Source: Centroscyllium fabricii (taxonomy: Eukaryota). From it: a stretch of 64,000 nt of DNA. A model generated the notes under the pieces. The model was not told where the DNA came from. It saw nothing but the letters and a program-made list of their open reading frames with translations, and ran no database searches. The stretch covers positions 10,850,001 to 10,914,000 of the forward strand of contig JBNRSN020000010.1 in NCBI GenBank assembly GCA_051313645.2, written 5' to 3'. Below are positions 23,730 through 35,309 of the stretch, piece after piece. The position numbers and the translations under genes are program-made. The stretch's first letter is position 1; each line of letters starts with the position of its first letter.

Positions 23730-26700
23730 TGTATCGCTTGCAGGACCCAAGAACCACACAGGAGCCGGAGAGACAGATAACACTTGTTTAATTAACGATA
23801 CATAGCAAGAAAGAGTCTGAACCACGAGGAGCAGGCTTATTTAAACTACCCGCCGCTCGTGACCTCATCACGCCGAGAGACGTGGTGACGTCATCGCGTC
23901 ACCTGGTGGGCGGGGCTATGCCCCGCAGTACTCCCGAGGCGGATTCGCCAGCCGGCGTGCCGCCACACAGCTCCCCCCAGAATCCGTCCGAGAGGAAAAA
24001 GAGTCTTATGCGAGGCGTCGTGGTGGCCGTAAGATGCGGTCGGCACATGTCGTGCGTTGCTCCTGGTGCTGCGGTGGAGTGTGGGCGGGTGTTGGTGCGG
24101 GAGGGCGTCCGCATTGAGGTGGTTGGGCGGGGACTGTCGTGTCGCCCGCTATTACGTGTGCCGGTTTCAGCCGGTCAATGGAGACAGTTTCTGTCCGATT
24201 GCGCAGCTGTAGCTGAAAAGCTTTGGATCCCGCCCGAAGCACTCTGTAGGGGCCGTCGTAAGGTGGCCGTAGAGGTGAACGATGGGCGTCGTGCCAGATG
24301 AACATGTACTTAGCATCCTTGATATTGTCCGGTACACGTGTTGCCGGCTCTCCATGCCGGGCCACCGATAAGGGGTTGAACGCTCGTGCTGGGTTGGCAA
24401 CGTCCTTGAGGAACTGGTCGGCCGACCAGGGAGCGTTTGATTCGGCGAGAAACTCGCCCGGCACTCTTAATGTCTGGCCGTAGACGAGTTCCGCTGCTGA
24501 GGTGTGCAAATCTTCCTTGGCCGCCGAGCGTAGTCCGAGCAGTACCCAAGGGAGACAGTCTGTCCATGATGCATCTTTGAGGGTGGCTCGCAGGGAGGCT
24601 TTCATGGAGCGGTGGAAACTTTCGCAGAGCCCATTTGCTTGTCGGTGGTATGCAGTGGTTCGATGCAGGGTCACCCCGAGGTCGCGACCGATGGCCGCCC
24701 ATAGTGCCAACGTAAATTGGGGTCCTCTGCCCGACGTGATGTCGGTGGGCACGCCGAAACAGGCGACCCAAGTGGCGATGAGTGCCCTGGCCAAGTCCAT
24801 GGTGTTGGTAGCAACCAGGGGGACTGCTTCTGGCCAGCGAGTGTTGCGTTCGACCATGGTCATGACATGTGTGTGGCCCCGGGATGGTGGTAGTGGTCCG
24901 ACGAGATCGACATGGACGTGGTCGAAGCGTCTGGCCGGCACGGTAAACGTTTCCAGCGGGGCTTTGATTTGCTTGTGCACTTTTGCCCGCTGGCAGGTGA
25001 TGCAGGCATTGGTCCAAGCGCGGACGTCCTTGCGTCGGCCGCGCCACACAAAAAGGGCCGAAATAAGTTTAATGGAGGCGCGGGTGCCGGGGTGGGACAC
25101 GCCATGGAGGGTCTCGAAGATGTGCCGCCTCCATGCGTGGGGGACGACGGGTCTGGGCTGCGGTAACGATACGTCGCAGCAGACTACGGTGGACGCGGGG
25201 CCATGTGCGCTGTTGGCCAAACGTAGGCCAGGGAGGTTTTCTGCTGGGTCGAGCAGGTCTGGGTATGCCAGCTGGTCTGCTGCCAGCTTGGCGTAATCGA
25301 CTGCCATTTGGGCAGTGTTAATAGTGGGATGTGACAGGCAGTCAGCAACCACGTTGTCGTGGCCGGAGATGTGTTGGATGTCGGTCGTGAACTCGGACAC
25401 GGCTACAAGTTGGCGCTGCTGCCTGGCCGACCAGGGTTCGGCGATCTTAGCCATTGCAAATATGAAAGGCTTATGATCTACGAAAGCTGTGAAGCGACGG
25501 CCCTCCAGGAGGAAGCGAAAATGGCGCACAGCGAGTTAGAGAGCGAGGAGCTCCCTGTCGAAGGTGCTGTACTTGACCTCCGGGGGCCATAGTTGCCGGC
25601 TGAAAAAGGCCATGGGCTGCCAGGAGTTGCCCGCCTACTGTTGAAAAACGGCCTCGACATCGTGGTCGGAGGCGTCAGTGGTGAGGGCCACTCTGGCATT
25701 GGGCCTAGGGTGGGATAGGAGGGTGGCGTTTGCCAGGGCGGTCTTGGTTGCGGTAAACGCGGTGGCGGCGTCGGCCATCCATTCGACCACAGTTTTGCCG
25801 GTCTGCCCGCGTGTGGCCTGGTATAGGGGGGCCATGAGAGCGGCTGCTCCTGGGATAAAGTGGTTATAGAAGTTAACCATCCCGAGAAACTCCTGCAGGC
25901 CCTTAATGGAATGCGGGCGGCGGAAACTCCTGAACTGCCTACACTTTGGAGGGCAGGGGTATCGCCCGGGTTTTGGAAATGCGGTGGCCCAGGAAGTCTA
26001 TAATATCTAGGCCAAATTTACATTTAGAGGGGCTTAATATGAGGCCGTGTTCGGTCAGGCGCTGGAACAGGGTCCTGAGATGCAGGAGGTGCTCCTGGGG
26101 GGAGGTGCTGGCCACGAGGATGTCGTCTATGTCGACGAAAATGAACTGCAAGTCCCGTAGGACTGAGTCCATCAGGCGCTGAAAGGCCTGGGCCGCGTTT
26201 TTGAGTCCAAAGGGCATCTTGAGGAACTCCAACAGGCCGCAGGGGGTAATGACGGTTGTCTTAGGGACATCCGCCGGGTGCACCGCACCTGGTGGTAGCC
26301 ACGCACCAGGACGATCTTGGAGAAGATCGTGCAGCCCGCTAGCCTGGTGGAGAAATCGTGGATGTGGGGTAGGGGGTACCTATCCGGGGTTGGTGGCGTT
26401 GTTGAGGTGGCGGTAGTCACCACAGGGGCGCCAACCCCTGCCCGGCTTGGGGGCAATGTGGTGGGGAGAGGCCCAGGGGCTGCTAGAGTGGCGGATTATG
26501 CCGAGTTGCTCCATAGTGCAGAACTCGGTGCACGCAATCTCCAGCTTGGCAGGGTCCAGCCTGCGGGCGTGGGCATGCACGGGAGGGCCGGTGGTGGTGA
26601 TGCAGTGTTCCACCCCGTGTTTGGCCGTCCGGGCGGTGAAGGTGGGATTGGTAAGGGCTGGGAACTCAGCGAGGAGCGAGCTGTACGCATCAGAGTTCCC

Positions 26701-28161
26701 GGCGCGGCATTTTGCCGCCGCGTGGGCCAGGAGTGCGGGCCCTGTGGAGCATGGGATGGTCGACATATTTTGAATGTCGACCAGGCGGCGCCGGGTCATG
26801 TCGACCACGAGGCCGTGGGTGCAGAGGAAGTCTGCCCCGAGGAGGGGTGAAGTGACCTGGGCCGTGACAAACTCCCATTGGTACGTGTGGCCGGAAAGCT
26901 GGATTGTTAGCTTGCGGGTGCCGTACGTTTTGATGTCCGAGCCGTTGGCCGCTGCAAGTGGCGGGCCCCGGGTGCCTTTTCTCGCTTCTGCGGGGGAGGC
27001 AGGCATGATGCTGTGCTGTGCGCCTGTGTCACAGAGGAACCGGAGTCCTGTGCCGCTGTCTGTGACATAGAGCAGTGCTCCGGTGTGTCCTAAAGACATA
27101 TTGGGGGCTGGGCCGGGCCGTGGCTTGAACGTGCAGGGCTGGACGCAGCGGTGTGCTTTGGTGTTGAACTGCATGTGGTAGTAGCACCAACCACACGCAG
27201 TTGATGGACGCGGTAGCTTGGGAGGGCGCGGGGGCCTGGGTTCAGGCATTGGGTTGGACCTGGGGGGCGAGTGGTTGTGTTCGGCTGTCACGGCAGTGAG
27301 GTCGCACGTGGCGGAGTGGGTGCGCTCAGCCGCCATGAGCCTGTCGGCTTCCTCGGCTAGCTCATCCCTGCTCCGGTGGCAGAAGGCCGCCAGGGCCGGT
27401 CTGATGGAGGGGGCAGTTTAAGGAGGAATATGGTGTTGAACAGGAAGGCGGGACCGGCGGTGAGCGCTTGCATTTGGCGCCAAAGGTCCGATGGGTCTGC
27501 TTCCCCAAGTTCGGGGAGGTTAAGGATTTGGCAGTCACGCTCGAACTGGGAGGGGTACATTTTTTAAGTAGCGCGGCCTTGAGGAACTCATACCTGCTTG
27601 CTGCGGGCACGCGCTGTAGCTTCGACCACATCCGATCGATCGTGGATTGCGGTAGGGCCGAGAAGACCAGGTCGTAGCGGTCGTCCCCCTGGATGCCATG
27701 TGTGCGGCAGCTGGTCTTTATACACATAAACCACGCTGCCGGACGTTGCTCCCAGAACTCCGGTAGAGTCAGTCTGTGCCCGGGGTTCTGGCCAAGTCCT
27801 TGTGAACGAGAAGCTTGGTTTCTTGAAGACATGTTGTTTTCGAAAGTGTTCTGAGGCTGCTTGGTTTTCAGTCCTGTAGCTGCTGTTTTCTCCTTGGAAG
27901 ACGTTCCAAGTCGGGGTCACCACTTTAGCGCTTGCAGGACCCAAGAACCACACAGGAGCCGGAGAGACAGATAACACTTGTTTAATTAACACTACATAGC
28001 AAGAAAGAGAATTAACCACGAGGAGCAGGTTTATTTAAACTACCCGCCGCTCGTGTACTCATCACGCCGAGAGACGTGGTGACGTCATCGCGTCACCCGG
28101 TGGGCGGGGCTATGCTCCGCAGTACTCCCAAGGCGGATTCGCCAGCCGGCGTGCTGCCCCA
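23730..28161 (-). mobile_element. Gypsy (Metaviridae) LTR retrotransposon 1, CsRn1-type; full length but defective
   Basis: 238-bp LTRs at 23730-23967 and 27924-28161 with ~15 differences by hand count. 4-bp TSD AAAG. PBS TGGTGACCCCGAC is complementary to the tRNA-Trp 3' end. PPT lies next to the 3' LTR. Gag has a Cx2Hx9Cx3C motif and domain order is PR-RT-RH-IN. Confidence 0.93.
24006..27832 (-). pseudogene. Disrupted gag-pol of Gypsy element 1
   Basis: LPEFW…AWF (Gag), CYYH…C…PC, CDTGA (protease), MPFGLKNA and 'DIDD' (mutated YxDD), an HHCC zinc finger, integrase with D->G in 'TSGRG', and a GPY motif. Several frameshifts and stops. Confidence 0.9.
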
Positions 28162-28548
28162 AAAGTACATTTAGGACTGAGATGTGAGGGTATTTCTTCA
28201 CCCAGAGTTTGGTGAACCTGTGGAATGCTCTGCCACAGATGGTGGTGAAGCCCGACTCATTGAATATATTCAAGAAGGAGTTGGATATATTACTTCAGGC
28301 TGAAGAGATCAAGAGATATGGGAAGAAGACAGCGACAGGGTACTGAATCTGAAATTTCAGTCATGATCGAATTGAATGGCGGAGCAGTCTGGAAGGGCCG
28401 AATGGCCTACTCCTGCTCCTATTTTCTATGTTTCTATGTTGGTGACCATACTCTAACATTACTGCTAGCGACTCTCCTCTATCACTGCTGGTGGTGATCC
28501 TACGCAAACATTACTGGTGCTGACAGTTATTCTACAGTACAGCCTATA

Positions 28549-28740
28549 TGATGAAGGATGTTCTTGCCATGGAAGGAGTGCAGCGGCGATTCACCAGGCT
28601 GATACCAGGAATGGCAGGAATGACCTATGAGGAGAGACTATGTAGTTTGGGGATGTATACACTGGAGTTTAGAAGATTGAGAGGGGATCTCATAGAAACA
28701 TATAAAATTCTGACATCATCTATGTATCTATGTATCTATG
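28549..28740 (+). mobile_element. Tiny internally deleted copy of the young CR1 family
   Basis: Near-identical to the reverse complement of ~9004-9170, joined directly to the (tctatgta)n tail. TATA is repeated on both sides (28545-28548 and 28741-28744). Confidence 0.8.
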
Positions 28741-30222
28741 TATAACTCTACACCAGCATTACTGGCGGTGACTGTAATCTAGGCTGCTAGCGTGGATCAT
28801 ACTCTCACATTACTGGTGGTGACACTAATCTAACATGACAGGTGATCATTCTTCTGTAATATTACTGGTGCTGATGCTATTCTAACAAGAATTGAGGTGA
28901 CTCTAACTTCACATTACTCGTGGTGACTCTATTACAGCGTTAAAGGTTTAGACCCTACTCTGACTTTACTGGCGCAAACTCTACTTTACAATTAGTGTTA
29001 GTGAACATACTGTAATATTACTCGTGATGACTCTAGTCTAACAGTAATTCTGAATACTCTGCTCTAACATTGGTGATGGTTTAACTGCCCAACATTACTG
29101 GGGGTGAACATACTCTAAAGTTACTCGTGGTGAAGCTACTCTAGCATTACTGCTGGTTACTCTACATAATAGTACTGGTGTGGATTCTACTATATTATTG
29201 CTGTTGATGACTCTGCAGTAACATTAATGGTGGCTACTCTACTGTAATATTACTGGTGGTGACCCTACACTATCATTACTGTTGCTTAAACTAAACTAAC
29301 ACTGATGGTGGTGACCCTTCTATAGGATTACATATTGTGAACTGCACTAGAGTTTCTGCTGGTGTATCGTGTCTAAAATTACTGGTTGTGAATCTACTGC
29401 AGTGTGACTGATGGTGACCAATCGCTAATACTAATGTTGGTGAATCTACTTTAATGTTATTAGTTGTGACGCTACTCTAACATTATTGCTGTTCACACTA
29501 CTATAACATTACTGTTGGTGACCCTACCTTACCAATAATGCTGGTGACCTTACTCTCACGTTACTCGTGGTGACCCTACTCCAGTATTGCTCGTGGTGAT
29601 CCTACTCTTAAATTAATGGAGGTGAATATAATCTAATATTACTGATGGTGAACCTACTCTATCAATACTGATGGTGGCCGATCTCTCACAATACCAGCGG
29701 TGACCGCACTCTAATATTTCTGGTGTTTACTCTACTCTAACATTAATGAGGGAAATGATGTGCAGATGCCGCTGTGGGACTGCGCTGGAGAAATGTATGA
29801 AGTGAGACAGCACCAGGTTCCAACAACTTTATCTGAAAACACAAGCTGTCGGATCGCTGCCCTTTCGTCAGATGAAGTGAAGAGATGCATATAGGCACAG
29901 CATGTATAGTCAGAGAACATTGACAAATGATCTCCGGTAACCTGTCCAACTGCCTGTTATCACAAGGGGTCAAACAATGCAAATGCTGGGCTCTGTATGA
30001 AAAACAAAAAACAAACAAAAAACAATAAAAAATAGAAAAACTATTTTTTAAATATTGTGTTTGCTTTTCATTCAGACCACAGCATCAGCAAGATTTGACC
30101 CATCGTGACCCCACCTCATTTTTCTGTGATGTAATGCTTACCAGACTGACGTTTGGACACCATTAACACCTTTGATTGCTGTGATTATCTCTCTGCCGAA
30201 GTTTGATAAAGGGCAGTTGGAA

Positions 30223-30448
30223 TGTGATACGCCATCAATAACTCCAAAAGACTAAGAGTTAAACTTAAACAAATAGTCTTTTATCAACAAAACAATACGA
30301 GCATGTCTCTGTTGGTAGACCGATCTTATAGCCAGAGGGACTGGAGATCAATCACCTTTATACATGGGCTTAGAGGTGGAGCCATGGGCGGAGCCAGTTC
30401 GTGCATACCCAGAGATGTTCTGTACCGGCAGATTAGTGGTTTACCAGA
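30223..30448 (-). mobile_element. Probable solo LTR nested inside the Penelope-like element
   Basis: On + it runs TGTGATAC…TTTACCAGA, an imperfect TG…CA terminal repeat. Flanks are GGAA and GAAA. TATAAA and GC boxes lie on the - strand. Confidence 0.45.
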
Positions 30449-30519
30449 GAAATATTACCTGAAATCATCTGGCAGTGTTCTCTGAATATAGATGCGGTGC
30501 CTATATGCATCTATTCAAT

Positions 30520-30556
30520 TCACCTGACGAAGGAGCAGAAATCCGAAAGCTTGTGA
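30520..30556 (+). ncRNA. Minimal type I hammerhead ribozyme motif
   Basis: TCAC-CTGACGA-aGGAgcagaaaTCC-GAAA-GC-TT-GTGA. Stem I is TCAC/GTGA, stem II is GGA/TCC, and stem III is the palindromic AGCT typical of Penelope-associated hammerheads. Confidence 0.65.
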
Positions 30557-31156
30557 TTTCAAATAATGCTGTTGGAATATAACCTATGTGACTTCTTACA
30601 TTACTGATGGAAACTCTGGTCCATCATTGCTTATGGTGACTATATTTTAACATTGAATGTGGTGAAGCAACTCTAACGTTACTGGTGGTGGCTCTATTCT
30701 AAAATTACTGTTGGTGATCCTTCTATACAATTACTGTTGGTCACTCTACATTATCCTTAATGGTGGATAGTCTACTCTAACATTTCTGGTGGGTTGGCTG
30801 CTCTAACGCCGCTGGTGGTGAATCTACTATAAACGTACTGATGGTAATCCTACTCAAACTGTATTTTTATGACAGTACTCTAACATTACTGGTGGTGATC
30901 CTACTCCAACAATACTGGTGGTGCCCTTCATCTAACATTATTTTTGGTTACCCTACACATACATTACCGCTGGTGACCGTAGTCGAACATTACTGCTGGT
31001 GACTCTCCTGTATCATCACTGGTGTTGATGCAGCACTAACATTACTGGTGGTGATACTTCTCCTACATTACAGCTGGTGCATCTACTGCAGCATTACTCG
31101 TGGTGACTCTACTCTTACATTAATGGTGGTGACACTAATCTAACATTAATGTTGGT

Positions 31157-31370
31157 GAACTCACTACCTGAGAGGGTGGTAGAGGCGGGTACCCTCACAA
31201 TATTCAACAAGCATTTGGATGAACACTTGAAATGACACAGCATACAAGGCTAAGGACCAAATGCGGGATAATGGGACTAGTATAGACTGGGATTGATGGA
31301 CGGCACGGACGCGATGGGCCACAGGGCCTCTTTCTGTGCTGTAATACTCTATGACTCTATGACTCTATGA
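31157..31370 (+). mobile_element. CR1 3' end fragment with (ctctatga)n tail
   Basis: Matches the 3' ends at 57690-57895 and 15920-16130. Confidence 0.8.
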
Positions 31371-32117
31371 CCCTCATCTAACATTACAGCTGGTGACCCT
31401 ACTTTAACATTAATGGTGGTGATACTACTTTAAGAACACTGGTGCTGAACTTACACTCACATTACTCCTGGTGACGGGTTCCACTATTGCTGGTGGTGAT
31501 CCTACTCTAAATTTACTGGAGGTTAATATACCTCTAACATTACCCTTGGAGCACCTACTCTAAAAATACTGGTGGTGGCCCAACACTAACATTGCTGGTG
31601 GTTACTATACGCTAACTTTAACGATGGATACGCTGGTCTACCATTGCCTAAGCTTCCTCTATTCTAACATTAATGTGGTGAACCTCCTCTAACGTTACTG
31701 GCGGTGACTCTATTCTAAAATTACTGGTGCTGATTGTTCTTTAAATTACAGTTTGTAAGTCTTCATTAACCTTAATACTGGATAGTTCACTCTAACTTTT
31801 ATAGTGGTTTGTCTGCTCTTACATTGCTGTTGGTGAATCTACTATAAAATAACTGATGGTGCTCCTGGGTAAACATCAATGTTGGTGAAATTACTGTAAA
31901 ATTACGGGTGGTGATCCTACTCTAACAAAACTGCTGGTTACCTTAAACTAACATTAATGATGCTGACCCTTCATGAACCTTAATGGATGTGACCCTACTT
32001 TAACGTTACTGATGAGGAACCACCTCTAACATTGCTGGTGATGATTCTCGTCTAAAATTAATGTTGGTGAACCTCCACCATCATTACTGGTGATGTCACT
32101 AATCTACATTTACTGGT

Positions 32118-32487
32118 GATTCAATTCAATTCAATTCAATTTTATTGTCATTGCAGAGTACTAGTACAATACAACGAGACGAAGACTCGACTCTCCCGAG
32201 AGTAGTGCAAACAAAATAAATAAATTACATGAAAATTGCATACAGTAAAGTTCATTATCAGGCGTGCAGGTACCGGAGTTTCTTTTTAGAGTTCAGGAGG
32301 CTGGCAGCCCTGGGGAAGAAGCTGTTCTGAAATCTAGTCGTGCGGGTGCTAATTGCTCTGTAGCGTCTCCCGGAGGGCAGAGGGGCGAACAGACTGTGGC
32401 TGGGGTGTGTGGGGTCTTTAATAATGTTCATAGACCTCCGTAAGCAGCGTTTGAGGTAGATGCTTTCCATTGACGAGACCATCACAG
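32118..32487 (-). mobile_element. Rex1/Babar-type LINE 3' end with (ATTGA)n tail
   Basis: ORF IIKDPTHPSHSLFAPLPSGRRYR…NSFFPRAASLLN, followed by a microsatellite tail. Confidence 0.75.
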
Positions 32488-34029
32488 CATTGTTGGTGAC
32501 ACTGCATTACATTTCTGTTGGTGACCATAATCTAACTTTACTGTTGCTGATTCTCCACTTTCATGACTGGTGGCGATTCTACACTAACATTACTGGTGGT
32601 GACACTAAAATTACATTAGTGGTGATGACAATACTCTAACATTACTGTTGCTGAACCTGCTCCAACAGTGTTAGTGGTGACTCTACTCCAAGATACATGT
32701 GATGACTCTTCTCTACAATTTCTGCTGGTTTATCTGCTGAACATTGCTGGTGCTGACTATAATCTAAATTTACTGATGGTGACTCTAAAATAACATTGCT
32801 GGTGCTCATACTACTCTAACGGTATTAGCAATAATTCCACACTAACATTATTGACGGAGACACTACTGTATAGTTGCTGGCGTTGTCTCTACTCGAACAG
32901 TACTCGTGGTTACTCAATCTAACAGTAATGGAGGAGACTGCAATCTAACATTAACGGTGGTGACTCTAATCTAACAGTAATGGCGATAACCCTTCTCTAA
33001 CCTTACTTGTGTTGACGCTACTCTATCAAGAATCGATCTGATTCTACCCTAATATTACTCGTGATGACTCTACTACAGTGTTAAATGTGTAGACCTTACT
33101 CTGACTTTAGCGGCGGTGACTGTACTCAAAAATAGGTGTTGTTAAAATTACTCTAATATTACTGGTTGTGAGCACACCCTAACATTAACGGAGGTGTCCC
33201 TACAATAAGACTGCTTGTGATGACTCGAATACTGCACTGCTGATGGTGACACTACACCAACAGTACTCGTTTTGACACTACCACAACATGAATGGAGTAT
33301 ACCATACCCCAACATTACTCATGTTAACCACCCTACTCCAGTATTACTGGTGGTGACTCTACTCTAATATTACTGGTGGTAACTCTACTCTAACATTACT
33401 GCTGTGACCCCACTCTAACGTTACTGGTGTTGGTGATCCTACTCTGATATTAATGATGGATACTGTGCTCTAAAATTACTGGAGGTGAACCAACGTTAAC
33501 GTTACTGGAGCTGAAAGTACTCTAATGTTACTGGTGTTGATTCTACTATGATATCACCTTTGGCTAGTCTACACTAATATTAATGTGGCAACTATTCTCT
33601 AACATTACTGGTGGTGACCCTACTGTAACATTATTTTGCTGACCCTACACTAACATCAATGGTGGTAAACCCTCTCGAGCATTACATGTTCTGATCCGAC
33701 TATACAGTTTCTGCTGCTGTCTCTGCTCTATAATTACTGTTGGTGAATCGACTATAATATTATTCGTCGTGACTGTAGTCTAACATTTTGCAGGTTAACC
33801 TACTCTATAATTACTCGAGGTGAATCTACTCCAGGATTGCTGGTGGTGACCCTACTCTTATATTACTGTTGCTAAATCTACTCTAACATTAATAATTGTG
33901 AGACTAGTCTAACATTATTGTTGGTGACACTATTCTAACACTAATAATGATGACCCGACACTAACAATAGTGGTGGTGACCTTACTTTAACATAACTGTT
34001 GGTGACACTACTCTATCATTATTTATCTG

Positions 34030-35305
34030 TGGTCTAGCGGGTTCTGTTTGTAAACCAGGGCCCATATATATACCAGTTTACACTAGGTTAGTTGGTTGGA
34101 TTGATCGGATTTAATTTAATTTCAATTAATTAAAGTGTAAGTCATGGCAGGATAGGCTAGCACCGTAGTATGCTCCTCCTGCGCTATGTGGGAAATCAGG
34201 GACTCTTCCATTGGCACTCCATCCACCACCTTTTACATTCACTCCCTCCACCACCGGCGCACTGTGGCTGCAGTGTGTACCATTTTCAAGATGCGCTGCA
34301 GCAAGTCGCCAAAGCTCCTTCAACCGCACCTTCCAAACACGCGACCTCTAGCACTTAGAAGAACAAGGGCAGCAGATCCATGGGAATAGCACCACCTACA
34401 AGTTCCCCTCCAAGACACACACTATCCGGACTTGGACCTGTATCACTGCTCCTTCACTGTCGCCGGGACATAATCCTGAAACTCCCCTCCTATCAACATT
34501 GTGGGTGTACATACACCATATGGACTGCAGCGGTTCAACAAGACGGCTCGCCACCATCTTCTCAAGGGCAACTAGGGATGAACACTAAATGCAGGCCTAG
34601 CCAGCCAGCGACTCCCACATCCCATCAATGGATAAAAAAATATGTCTCCAGCTCGAGCTACTGCCAGACCGCTTTGCGGTACTGGAGCTGCATGTTGGTA
34701 GATGCTGGAAGATTCACGATGCTGAGCACGACTTGAAAAGCCCATTCTATGTTTCGATGAGATGCCGGGGAACAGGGTGTCGTATGAAAGTGAGGAACTG
34801 ATGGAAATCAGTATTTGTACGGAAGTGATGTTAGATAGTTTGACGAGACTGCAGGACGATAAATACCCAGGGCCTGATAATCTACATCCAAGGATACTTA
34901 AGGAAGTGGGACTAGAAATATTGGATGCATTTTTGGTCATCTTCCAAAATTCGATAGAGACTGGAATAGTACACATGGATTGGAGGTTAGTTCATGTTAC
35001 CCCTCTGTTTAAAAAAGCTGGAACCGAGAAAATGGGGAATCAGAGCCCGGTATGCATGACATCAGTAATGGGGAAAATTCTAGAATCAATTATAAAAATG
35101 TAATAGCAGAGTATGTGGAAAACCGTGACCGGGTCGGACTAAGTTAACATGCATTTACAAAGTGTAAATCGTGCTTGACGAATCTACCAGAATTTTTTGA
35201 GGATGTATCTCCGAACATAGGTAAGGGCGAACAAGTGAATGAGGTGTACTTGGACTTTCAAGAGACTTTCAAAAAGTTCCCGCATAAGAGATTAGCTTGT
35301 AAAAT
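34030..35305 (+). mobile_element. Rearranged CR1 remnant (ORF1 start, then an RT fragment), interrupted by a second-family LINE 3' end at 34207-34640
   Basis: 'CSSCAMWE' zinc-finger start at ~34170 and 'YPGPDNLHPRILKEV' RT fragment. The insert matches 13560-14240. Confidence 0.65.
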
Positions 35306-35309
35306 GACT

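Larger units (their letters stand above)
22265..28437 (+). mobile_element. Degenerate CR1 LINE (RT and 3' end) split by Gypsy element 1
   Basis: RT motifs at 22265-23729. The CR1 sequence resumes in register at 28166 (catttaggactgag) and ends in a (tttctatg)n tail. Confidence 0.88.
29748..30597. mobile_element. Non-autonomous Penelope-like element with inverted terminal repeats, each containing a hammerhead ribozyme motif
   Basis: 29810-29905 is an imperfect reverse complement of 30487-30586. CTGACGA…GAAAGCTT cores lie in both arms. Confidence 0.7.
17329..34020. repeat. 26-bp satellite (consensus ACTCTAACATTACTGGTGGTGACCCT), a diverged array interrupted by at least seven TE insertions
   Basis: The 26-bp periodicity can be read directly, e.g. 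consecutive units at 20640-20800. Confidence 0.95.

Noticed and set aside
24167-27677. Numerous overlapping and antisense ORFs inside Gypsy element 1 (and likewise 43600-47748)
   Set aside because: These are expected shadows of GC-rich gag-pol sequence, with no independent motifs and no env-like hydrophobic ORF.
17329-34020. CRISPR-like array or repetitive protein gene (many GGT-GGT/ACT triplets)
   Set aside because: The units are contiguous 26-mers, not a multiple of 3, with no unique spacers and frequent stops. There are no cas genes and the context is eukaryotic.
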